NCBI GenBank assembly: GCA_964544915.1 | Contig: CAZJDY010000013.1 | Span: 10,487-74,486 of the forward strand | DNA: 64,000 bases | Reading direction: 5' to 3' | From: an uncultured Methanomassiliicoccaceae archaeon | Lineage (GTDB): Archaea > Thermoplasmatota > Thermoplasmata > Methanomassiliicoccales > JACIVX01 | In this document: piece by piece, positions 28,744 to 36,030 of the stretch | Numbering within the stretch: the stretch's first letter is position 1 | How the letters are laid out: every line of letters starts with the position of its first letter | Translations under genes and position numbers: made by a program | Notes under the pieces: model-generated | What the model saw: the letters and a program-made list of their open reading frames with translations, nothing else | Told to the model about the DNA's origin: nothing | The model's database searches: none

Positions 28744-28828
28744 TTAACACGAATTCCTAGTTCGTGTTACCAAACGAACCTCGCGCTATTTATCGTTTTG
28801 CGTAACACCTTTTCCGACTGAGTGTTAC
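28744..28828. promoter_or_regulatory. Two palindromic operator-like sites (GTAACAC-N13-GTGTTAC) flanking a TATA-like box in the cbiM/arsM divergent intergenic region
   Basis: TTAACAC(28744-50)-N13-GTGTTAC(28764-70) and GTAACAC(28802-08)-N13-GTGTTAC(28822-28). ATAAATA (minus-strand sense) lies between them. Confidence 0.5.
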
Positions 28829-28931
28829 CGAACCGTTCGTCGATCAATACCGACGCTCCGTCGAATTGATGAATTAGAGTTAAGTAACGGAACTGTACTT
28901 GGGAGGGAAGAGATGGTCAGAGGGACATTGA

Positions 28932-29762
28932 ATGTCAGGAAAGAAGACTGATGAGGACGTCAGGGCCGCCGTCTCGAAGCGGTACAGCAAGGTAGCCAAG
29001 AAAGGGAAGTCCTGCTGCGATTCGGAGCCGAGGGGGTCGGAGCTTGTCAAGATATACACGTCTGAGGAGCTTGCGGCGCTGCCGAAGGAAGCGAAGGATT
29101 CGAACTGCGCCTGCGGGAACCCTGTCGCGATCGCGGAGCTCGAGCCCGGACAGGTCGTTCTCGATCTTGGAAGCGGGGCCGGTGTGGACGTGTTCCTGGC
29201 GGCAGGGAAGGTGGGATCGAAGGGAATGGTGATCGGCGTTGACGCGACGGATGCCATGCTGGAGAAGGCGAACAAGCTCGCGAAGCAGATGGGCTTCGAC
29301 AATGTGGACTTCAGGAAGGGTCAGATCGAGAGATTACCGATCGAGTCAGACACGGTGGACGTGATCATCAGCAACTGCGTGATCAACCTCGTCACCGACA
29401 AGGACAAGGTCTTCAGGGAGGCGTACCGGGTCCTGAGGCCGGGAGGCAAGCTTGCCATCTCGGATAGGGTGTTGCTTAGGGACCTCCCAGAGGAAGCGAA
29501 GGAAGATCTGGACCTGTGGAGCGTGTGCGTATCCGGCGCTCTGATGGAGGACGAGTACCTATCTAAGATCAGGGCCGCCGGTTTCCGGAGGATCAAGGTC
29601 ACCGACCGCAGAACCTATTCCGAGAAAGAAGCGCGCTCGTTCGTCAAGGCAGCTGCGGAAGAGAGGAAGAAGAGAAAGAAGAAGCTGGACGAGGAGACGG
29701 CCGTTCAGGCGTTCCTCGCCGTGGCCAACGACAGGATCGTCGCTTACAAGCCGGCTGGATGA
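28932..29762 (+). CDS. arsM: Arsenite S-adenosylmethionine methyltransferase ArsM
   Basis: 276 aa. N-terminal Cys pairs KSCCDSEP and SNCACGNP, SAM motif VVLDLGSGAGVDVF and ISNCVINL, the typical ArsM arrangement. Confidence 0.88.
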   Translation: MSGKKTDEDVRAAVSKRYSKVAKKGKSCCDSEPRGSELVKIYTSEELAALPKEAKDSNCACGNPVAIAELEPGQVVLDLGSGAGVDVFLAAGKVGSKGMVIGVDATDAMLEKANKLAKQMGFDNVDFRKGQIERLPIESDTVDVIISNCVINLVTDKDKVFREAYRVLRPGGKLAISDRVLLRDLPEEAKEDLDLWSVCVSGALMEDEYLSKIRAAGFRRIKVTDRRTYSEKEARSFVKAAAEERKKRKKKLDEETAVQAFLAVANDRIVAYKPAG

Positions 29763-29777
29763 TTTCACACGCGAGAT

Positions 29778-29966
29778 CTAGAGATTCTGGACCTCTCCGA
29801 ACTTGCCGCCCTTGAGCAGCGTGTCGACGAAGAACTTCTTCTGCTCCTCGTTCTCGTACGCTAGGAACCCGACCACCGCATGGACCATCGGGCTCTTGTT
29901 CTCGATGATCTCGATGATGCCCTTTCCGGATTTCTCATCATGAGCGATCTTGAGTATCAGTTGCAT
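29778..29966 (-). CDS. Hypothetical 62-aa protein, tandem paralogue A
   Basis: MQLILKIAHDEKSGKGIIEIIENK...KKFFVDTLLKGGKFGEVQNL. About 44% identical (27/62, hand alignment) to the adjacent ORF. Confidence 0.6.
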   Translation of the reverse strand: MQLILKIAHDEKSGKGIIEIIENKSPMVHAVVGFLAYENEEQKKFFVDTLLKGGKFGEVQNL

Positions 29967-29977
29967 CGTTCCACCTT

Positions 29978-30172
29978 CTACTTCTTCAGGGGAATGACCT
30001 CTCCGGTATTCCCCATCTGCGTCAATGCGTCCACGAAGAACTTCTTACCGATCTCGTCATCGTACGATATGATTCCAATCCTGGCCCTGCAAGTGATCGT
30101 CTTCTGCTCCAACACCTCGATGACGCCCTTGCCCGTGTTCGCATCCTGTATGAGCCTCAACAACAATCGCAT
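29978..30172 (-). CDS. Hypothetical 64-aa protein, tandem paralogue B
   Basis: MRLLLRLIQDANTGKGVIEVLEQK...KKFFVDALTQMGNTGEVIPLKK. Shares the GKG-IE, KKFFVD and GEV blocks with paralogue A. An 11-nt spacer separates the two. Confidence 0.6.
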   Translation of the reverse strand: MRLLLRLIQDANTGKGVIEVLEQKTITCRARIGIISYDDEIGKKFFVDALTQMGNTGEVIPLKK

Positions 30173-30386
30173 CCCGAATCACCTTCACCAGTCTCCAAGG
30201 CGCTCCGCCCTTTCGTTTGAAATAGGCACCTTCACGCCGTGTGGATACGAAAAGAGGGTCATTGTCGGACTTGAATGTTGTGGCGATCGCAGGCGGACGT
30301 CCGAAGCGTCATGATGTCAAAGAACGGCAAATTATTATCATCATATTCGCATTCTCGAAAAAAGCGAGGAGCGAAGGTGGCAAGGG

Positions 30387-30962
30387 ATGAAGGTAGTCGC
30401 ATTCAACGGAAGCCCTAGGAAGAATGGGAACACGAGCATCGCGTTGCAGATTGCGCTGGATGAGCTGAAGAACGAAGGGATCGACACTGAACTCGTGCAA
30501 TTCGGAAGCGAGGGGATCGAGGACTGCACCGCCTGCATGGCGTGCATCAAGAACAAAGACAGGAAGTGCATCATCGACAGCGACAACCTAAACCAGTACA
30601 TCGAGAAGATGATCGAGGCGGACGGCGTGATTCTCGGTTCTCCTGTGTACTTCGGGAACGTGACCGGACAGATGAAAGCCTTCATCGATCGCGTAGGATA
30701 CGTGTCGAGAGCGAACGGGGATCCCTTCAAGAGGAAGGTGGGTGCGGCGGTCGCCGTCAACCGGCGTGCCGGGGCGCTCGCGACATTCGCGGACCTCAAT
30801 TACTTCTTCCTCATAGGACAGTGGATCGTCGTCGGTTCGAGCTACTGGAATGTGGGGACCGCCCTGAAACCCGGGGACATAGTCAACGACAAGGAAGCCA
30901 TCGACACGCTGAATACGCTCGGCAAGAACATGGCCTGGCTTCTGAAGAGGCTCGCCGACTAG
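30387..30962 (+). CDS. NADPH-dependent FMN reductase / iron-sulfur flavoprotein (Isf)-like flavodoxin-fold protein
   Basis: MKVVAFNGSPRKNGNTS...EDCTACMACIKNKDRKCI... (compact Cys cluster) and GVILGSPVYFGNVTGQMKAFIDR. Confidence 0.8.
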   Translation: MKVVAFNGSPRKNGNTSIALQIALDELKNEGIDTELVQFGSEGIEDCTACMACIKNKDRKCIIDSDNLNQYIEKMIEADGVILGSPVYFGNVTGQMKAFIDRVGYVSRANGDPFKRKVGAAVAVNRRAGALATFADLNYFFLIGQWIVVGSSYWNVGTALKPGDIVNDKEAIDTLNTLGKNMAWLLKRLAD

Positions 30963-31010
30963 AGCCCTCCTTTCTCTTTTCTCGCATCATTGCTGGGACA
31001 GCGGTGCAGC

Positions 31011-31706
31011 TCACTTCGCACGCATGTCTCTGGACACCATCTCGAGTATCGGGAAGATATTGGACAGGACCTTGGATTCCGCCTTTCTCAGGTGCTCAGC
31101 AAAAGTCGATCTGGACAATCCGACCCTCTTCGCCATCGCGTCCGCATCGATCCTAGCCGGCGTTTCGAAGTAACCCATCTGGTACGCCTTCGCCAGGGCA
31201 TCGATCTGTTTTCCGGTGAGACCGGCGATGATGCTCCCTGAGGTCAAGCAGGATTCCCCGGCCAAGCCCTGCTCGCCGAGCGGTTTTATCGAAACGAGTT
31301 TTACCGTTCCTCCGATCCCCTCGATCGAATGGACGAGTTTCGAGATGTTCTCCCTCTTCCACGACATGATCTTGTAGAACTCCCAACCTCCATGAAAGAC
31401 CGAAGGGGGGACGTACCAGCAGCCAGAATCTTCGATGAGGTCCGACACCGAGCTGCTTTGTCCACAGTCGCAATCCCTCATGATTATGTTCACGTTCTTC
31501 CCCTGTCGGAACGATTCCGAATCCGTCGCATTCAAAAGAAACTCCTTCTCTATTGTCATCAGATCTTCATCCGAGTCGCTCGTGACTTCGATGACGTGGC
31601 TCCGAGAGTTGCACCAAACGGATATGTAGGCGTTCGGGAACCGCGCCGTCAAGTGACAGTAGGGGCAGTCGTGCGTGACCTCGATTCTTGCTTCGTAGGC
31701 GGTCAT
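31011..31706 (-). CDS. Bat-type (HTH_10) transcriptional regulator
   Basis: C-terminal LTGKQIDALAKAYQMGYFETPARIDADAMAKRVGLSRSTFAEHLRKAESKV. The N-domain contains CPYCHL. Start placed at ATG 31706 (MTAYEARIEV); the ORF-track extension to 32021 looks non-coding. Confidence 0.75.
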   Translation of the reverse strand: MTAYEARIEVTHDCPYCHLTARFPNAYISVWCNSRSHVIEVTSDSDEDLMTIEKEFLLNATDSESFRQGKNVNIIMRDCDCGQSSSVSDLIEDSGCWYVPPSVFHGGWEFYKIMSWKRENISKLVHSIEGIGGTVKLVSIKPLGEQGLAGESCLTSGSIIAGLTGKQIDALAKAYQMGYFETPARIDADAMAKRVGLSRSTFAEHLRKAESKVLSNIFPILEMVSRDMRAK

Positions 31707-31854
31707 GTGCGATTCATCGTCGGAGCAGATGATAATTGTTGTGCCGCCGGACGGCGGTGCATTCTGCCACTGGTGTATATAGGAACAGATGACCATCTCC
31801 TTTGAATGAACCGCCCTGCGGCGGTATAAGACCCATCTCCCCGCGCGCTTTCCT

Positions 31855-32073
31855 ATGTTCTTGATACATATGATATCTAACGCCGAGTTGTACCTTGCAT
31901 CCAAAGGTAAGTTCGCGGGACCGAAAGAATACGAGCTATTAGAGTGCATGAGGCTGGAGTTCCCGTACAAGGGAAAAGAGGAGTCGGAATCAGACATCGA
32001 GAGGACGATCATCCTTCTCACGGACCTTCACAAGGTCGACGTAATCGCGAGGAAGGCAGTGGATCTCGAATAG
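31855..32073 (+). CDS. Hypothetical small protein (67-72 aa)
   Basis: AELYLASKGKFAGPKEYELLECMRLEFPYKGKEESESDIERTIILLTDLHKVDVIARKAVDLE. Third-position GC bias matches the neighbouring genes. It overlaps the implausible N-terminal extension of the Bat ORF on the other strand. Confidence 0.45.
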   Translation: MFLIHMISNAELYLASKGKFAGPKEYELLECMRLEFPYKGKEESESDIERTIILLTDLHKVDVIARKAVDLE

Positions 32074-32139
32074 ATGAAAACCAGACCCTTTCATTATTCT
32101 GGTCGAGATCCTACCCGATCTAGGCAGGATCGGTCCTCC

Positions 32140-32481
32140 TCATTTCTTGCCGTGCGGGAAAAGCGTCAGCAGGAAGACGAAATCCTCCAGTGCCAGCAGC
32201 GCATGGTTCATCCTGGCGGGCATGTATATCCAGCTGCCAGGGCCGTACTCGCCATCCTCCTTTCCGAGCCTGATCTTGGCCCTGCCCCTCAATACATGGA
32301 TGGCAGCAGGCATCCTCGAAGTGTGCTCCGACAGGCTCTGTCCCTTCTCCATGCAGAAGATCCCCACATTCGCATCAGGAGCATCGAGGAACGTCTTGCT
32401 GACGATACCTTTGCTTGCGAACTCGATCATCGAATCCAAATTGACGACCAGATTTCCCTTCGTCTCCCTCTTGCCACTCAT
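32140..32481 (-). CDS. Cupin domain protein
   Basis: GQSLSEHTSRMPAAIHVLRGRAKIRLG...GSWIYMPARMNHAL has the two-motif cupin pattern. Start placed at ATG 32481; the ORF track extends to 32559. Confidence 0.75.
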   Translation of the reverse strand: MSGKRETKGNLVVNLDSMIEFASKGIVSKTFLDAPDANVGIFCMEKGQSLSEHTSRMPAAIHVLRGRAKIRLGKEDGEYGPGSWIYMPARMNHALLALEDFVFLLTLFPHGKK

Positions 32482-32581
32482 GAAAGAACACCCTACTGTA
32501 TCAGATGCGAGGGCAGCATAGTTAATTGTTTCTAGGGCCGGGAAGGACCTGGTAGGCACATTCTCGTGATGAACAAAGTAT

Positions 32582-33373
32582 ATGACATCACTGTTCGGTA
32601 TTCCCTTCCTCGAGGAGGGTCAGGGCTTGCATCAGCTCCTATTGTTGCTGATATTCACGCTCGCGATCATAGGGGTCGCGTTCATCGGTGGCATACTACC
32701 ACTGCTGAAGAACTGGAGCTCCGTGCAGCTCCACCTTTTCACTGGTTTCAGCGCAGGCGTGTTCATCGGGGCTGCGTTCCTTCACATGATACCAGATGCC
32801 ATCGATCTCATGGAGACGGGGACAGCCCTAGCCTTCGTCCTCGTGGGGTTCGTGATCGTGCTCCTCGCGGAGAGGGTCGTCTTCTACGAGCACAGAGAGG
32901 AGTGCACGGAGGAGTGCGAGCATGAGCACCTGCTGACCGGCGTGACGGCGTTCATCGGACTTATGGTGCATTCCGCGATCGCTGGCCTGAGCCTCGGCGT
33001 TGCTGTCGTCGTCGACCAGACTCTCGGCATGATCGTCTTCCTAGCGATTATTGCGCACGAAGGCGTCGAAGTGTTCTCGCTGTCGACCGTGTTCCGTCTG
33101 GCGGGCCTCAGGAGGAAGAAGATACTCGTTTACGTCGGCATGCTTGCGTCGGTGAAACCGATCTTCGCTTGGATCGCGGTGGTCGCCATGGACCTCGTGT
33201 CCGGCATCGAGCTCGGGATCCCCCTCGCCCTGGCCGCCGGCACCTTCCTCTATGTCGGAATATACGATCTGCTGCCAGAATCGTTCACCGAGGAGAAGAA
33301 GAGGTACTCGGGATTCGTCACCGTCATCATCGGCGTGGCGGTCATGTATGGTGCCGGTCTGCTCATAGGCTGA
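32582..33373 (+). CDS. ZIP family metal transporter (second copy, divergent)
   Basis: 263 aa. His/Glu/Cys-rich loop HREECTEECEHEH, HSAIAGLSLG, and AIIAHEGVEVFSL in the ZIP TM4/5 metal-site region. Confidence 0.8.
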   Translation: MTSLFGIPFLEEGQGLHQLLLLLIFTLAIIGVAFIGGILPLLKNWSSVQLHLFTGFSAGVFIGAAFLHMIPDAIDLMETGTALAFVLVGFVIVLLAERVVFYEHREECTEECEHEHLLTGVTAFIGLMVHSAIAGLSLGVAVVVDQTLGMIVFLAIIAHEGVEVFSLSTVFRLAGLRRKKILVYVGMLASVKPIFAWIAVVAMDLVSGIELGIPLALAAGTFLYVGIYDLLPESFTEEKKRYSGFVTVIIGVAVMYGAGLLIG

Positions 33374-33401
33374 AGCTGACCGATCTTGGTCCGGACGGTC
33401 C

Positions 33402-33674
33402 TCACACGTAATCTTTGAGGTTCTTCAAGTCGACGTTCAGATGGACAATGTCCCCGACGACGCCGACGAGGTCGGTCTTGAGGTTCACCTTCGGCAATTT
33501 CAGCATCGACTTCTTGATGTGCAGCTCTTCGATGATTTCCTTGTTGACCTCCACCACGATTGCGTGCACAGTCCAGGTCTTCGTATCGACGTTGACCCCG
33601 ACGAGCACCCCCACCTTCCTTCCGTCCTTAGAAATCACGTCCTTGCGATCAATGCTCGAAAGTTCTAGTGTCAT
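33402..33674 (-). CDS. PRC-barrel domain protein
   Basis: 90 aa. DVISKDGRKVGVLVGVNVDTKTWTVHAIVVEV is typical of archaeal PRC-barrel proteins. Confidence 0.7.
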   Translation of the reverse strand: MTLELSSIDRKDVISKDGRKVGVLVGVNVDTKTWTVHAIVVEVNKEIIEELHIKKSMLKLPKVNLKTDLVGVVGDIVHLNVDLKNLKDYV

Positions 33675-33764
33675 CCTTCCATCCTCTGAACCTTTCTATT
33701 CGATTCGCGGCTCATAATGATTTCGGGGGCGCTCACAGTAAATCGACCCTCCTGAAACGGGCAT

Positions 33765-33914
33765 TCACTTCCTGAAGACCTTCCTTATGATCTCCATATC
33801 CTCGGCGTCCAGCGTTCTCAGGGAAAAGAACAAGGCGAAGTAGACGACGATCGACACGGCGATCGTCACAAAAACGTTGATCTCCTTGAGGAAGAAGAAG
33901 AGGACCAACGCCAT
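33765..33914 (-). CDS. 49-codon hydrophobic ORF; small membrane protein or C-terminal relic of a Wzx/MATE-like flippase
   Basis: MALVLFFFLKEINVFVTIAVSIVVYFALFFSLRTLDAEDMEIIRKVFRK. The listed ORF 33733..34002 begins hydrophobic (MIIEGMLVSIIALAML) and then turns to nonsense, whereas this frame continues as TM helices. Confidence 0.3.
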   Translation of the reverse strand: MALVLFFFLKEINVFVTIAVSIVVYFALFFSLRTLDAEDMEIIRKVFRK

Positions 33915-34082
33915 CCCGGCCGAGGCGATTATCGGCTTCAGCGCTATGTCCTTGTAGCATCGCCAGGGCGATAATCGATACGAGCATTCCCTCGATAATC
34001 ATCTCGAATCACCAATCCGATTGCCTTGACTATGCAGCAGTCATAGAACGCGATCTATTTGACCATTGCCGACAATGGATCC

Positions 34083-35015
34083 TCATCCGACCTTCTTTCT
34101 GAAATACTCGATCGTCTCCCTGAGGCCCGTCTCGAGATCCACCTTAGGCTTCCATCCCAACGCCCCTTTCGCAAGAGTGATGTCGGGCCTACGCCGGATC
34201 GGATCGTCCTCGGGCAACGGTCGGAATTCTATCCTCGACGAAGAACCAGTCATCCTCTTGATCCTATTCGCGAGCTCGAGCATGGTGATCTCAGCCGGGT
34301 TCCCCAGGTTCACCGGTCCGGTGAAACCTTCTGCATTCATGAGTTCGACGAATCCCTCGATCAGGTCGGACACATAACAGAAGGATCTCGTCTGGCTACC
34401 GTCTCCGTAGACCGTGATGTCCTCTCCCTTCAGTGCCTGGACGATGAAGTTCGAGACTACGCGCCCGTCAAACATGCTCATCCTCGGGCCGTATGTGTTG
34501 AATATCCTAGCCACCCGAATATCGACCCCGTGCTGCTTCTGATAAGCGAACATCAGGCTCTCAGCGATCCTCTTGCCTTCGTCGTAGCAGCTCCGAGGCC
34601 CGATCGGGTTCACGTTCCCACAGTAGTCCTCGGTCTGGGGATGCACAAGAGGGTCGCCGTACACCTCTGAGGTCGATGCTTGCATGATCCTCGCCTTCCT
34701 CTTCCTGGCAAGCTCGAGCACGTTGATCATCGCGAGCGTGTTGACCTTGATCGTGCTTATCGGGTCCTTCTGGTATTGCGGGGGGGACGCTGGGCATGCC
34801 AGGTTGTATATTCGGTCCACTTTGAAGTTCAATGGGAGGAGGAGATCCTTCTTGACGGCCTCGAAATCCTTGTTCTTTCTGAGATGTTCGATGTTGTCCC
34901 TGCTCCCGGTAGAGTAATTGTCCAGGCAGATGACCTTGTCTCCAGAATCCAGGAGTCGCTCGCAGAGGTGGGACCCTATGAAGCCCGCTCCGCCGGTGAC
35001 CAGTACCCTCATCAA
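34083..35015 (-). CDS. uxs: UDP-glucuronate decarboxylase (UDP-xylose synthase)
   Basis: 310 aa. [14 protein letters not shown], catalytic [11 protein letters not shown], and the C-terminal [16 protein letters not shown] typical of UXS. Confidence 0.88.
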   Translation of the reverse strand: MMRVLVTGGAGFIGSHLCERLLDSGDKVICLDNYSTGSRDNIEHLRKNKDFEAVKKDLLLPLNFKVDRIYNLACPASPPQYQKDPISTIKVNTLAMINVLELARKRKARIMQASTSEVYGDPLVHPQTEDYCGNVNPIGPRSCYDEGKRIAESLMFAYQKQHGVDIRVARIFNTYGPRMSMFDGRVVSNFIVQALKGEDITVYGDGSQTRSFCYVSDLIEGFVELMNAEGFTGPVNLGNPAEITMLELANRIKRMTGSSSRIEFRPLPEDDPIRRRPDITLAKGALGWKPKVDLETGLRETIEYFRKKVG

Positions 35016-35105
35016 TTCCCATTATAATCCTTTGTGCTCTAAAAGGATTCGTCAGTCCCGAGCGCCCGAGGACATCAGTAAATCGTATATGACCGACCGT
35101 CCATA

Positions 35106-35999
35106 TTGGCTGGCGTGAAAGTCCTTGTTACGGGCGGTTCGGGACAGCTCGGGTCCTATCTTCTAGAAGAGCTCGAAGGCAGGCATGAGGTCCAGGGCTT
35201 GGACATCCGGAAACCATCAATCGATGGGCACAAGTCACTCGTGTCGAACGTGAACATCAGGGATGCCGCCGGGGTCGCGAGAGCGTGCGACGGTGTCGAC
35301 GTTGTCGTTCACGCGGCCGCGCAGGTGAGCGTCAAGAAGAGTCTCGAGGACCCTAGGCATGACGCGGACGTGAACGTCATCGGGACAATCTGCATGTTGA
35401 AGGCTTCCGCGGACGCCGGCGTCAAGAAGTTCATTTATGTTTCGAGCGCAGCGGTGTACGGCGATCCGCGGCACCTACCCGTGGACGAGGGCCATCCGAA
35501 GAACCCCAAATCCTTCTACGGCGTCAGCAAGTTCGCGGCCGAGCATTACGTCCAGGCATTCGCGGAGTGTCGCGGCCTGAGATACATTATCGTACGCCCC
35601 TTCAACTTCTATTCACCCAGAGCGGATCTCCAGAGTCCCTACTCCGGAGTCGTGACCAAGTTCGTCGAGTGGGCGAAGAAAAGCGAGCCGCTGATCATCG
35701 AGGGGGACGGGGAGCAGACGAGGGATTTCATCCACGCCATGGACGTTGCGAGGATGATTCGCATAGCAGTGGAGTCCCCTGCTGGGAACGCTATCCTCAA
35801 CTGCGGCTCTGGCAGGGCGACCTCGATCAATGATCTCGCCGAGACCCTCTCAACGGTCAGAGGAGGATTGAAGATCGAGCACATCGCTCCTAGGGTAGGT
35901 GACATAAGACATAGCGTAGCCAACGTCACGCTCGCAAAAGAGATCCTGGATTTCCAGTCGGAGATGTCGCTCGAGGACGGATTGTCCTCCTTCTTTTGA
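35106..35999 (+). CDS. NAD-dependent nucleotide-sugar epimerase/dehydratase (GalE family)
   Basis: VLVTGGSGQLGS Rossmann motif and catalytic YGVSKFAAE (YxxxK). TTG/GTG start region at 35106-35115. Confidence 0.85.
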   Translation: MAGVKVLVTGGSGQLGSYLLEELEGRHEVQGLDIRKPSIDGHKSLVSNVNIRDAAGVARACDGVDVVVHAAAQVSVKKSLEDPRHDADVNVIGTICMLKASADAGVKKFIYVSSAAVYGDPRHLPVDEGHPKNPKSFYGVSKFAAEHYVQAFAECRGLRYIIVRPFNFYSPRADLQSPYSGVVTKFVEWAKKSEPLIIEGDGEQTRDFIHAMDVARMIRIAVESPAGNAILNCGSGRATSINDLAETLSTVRGGLKIEHIAPRVGDIRHSVANVTLAKEILDFQSEMSLEDGLSSFF

Positions 36000-36030
36000 A
36001 AAACAATGTCGATGGTTCTGGTGTTTCCGC

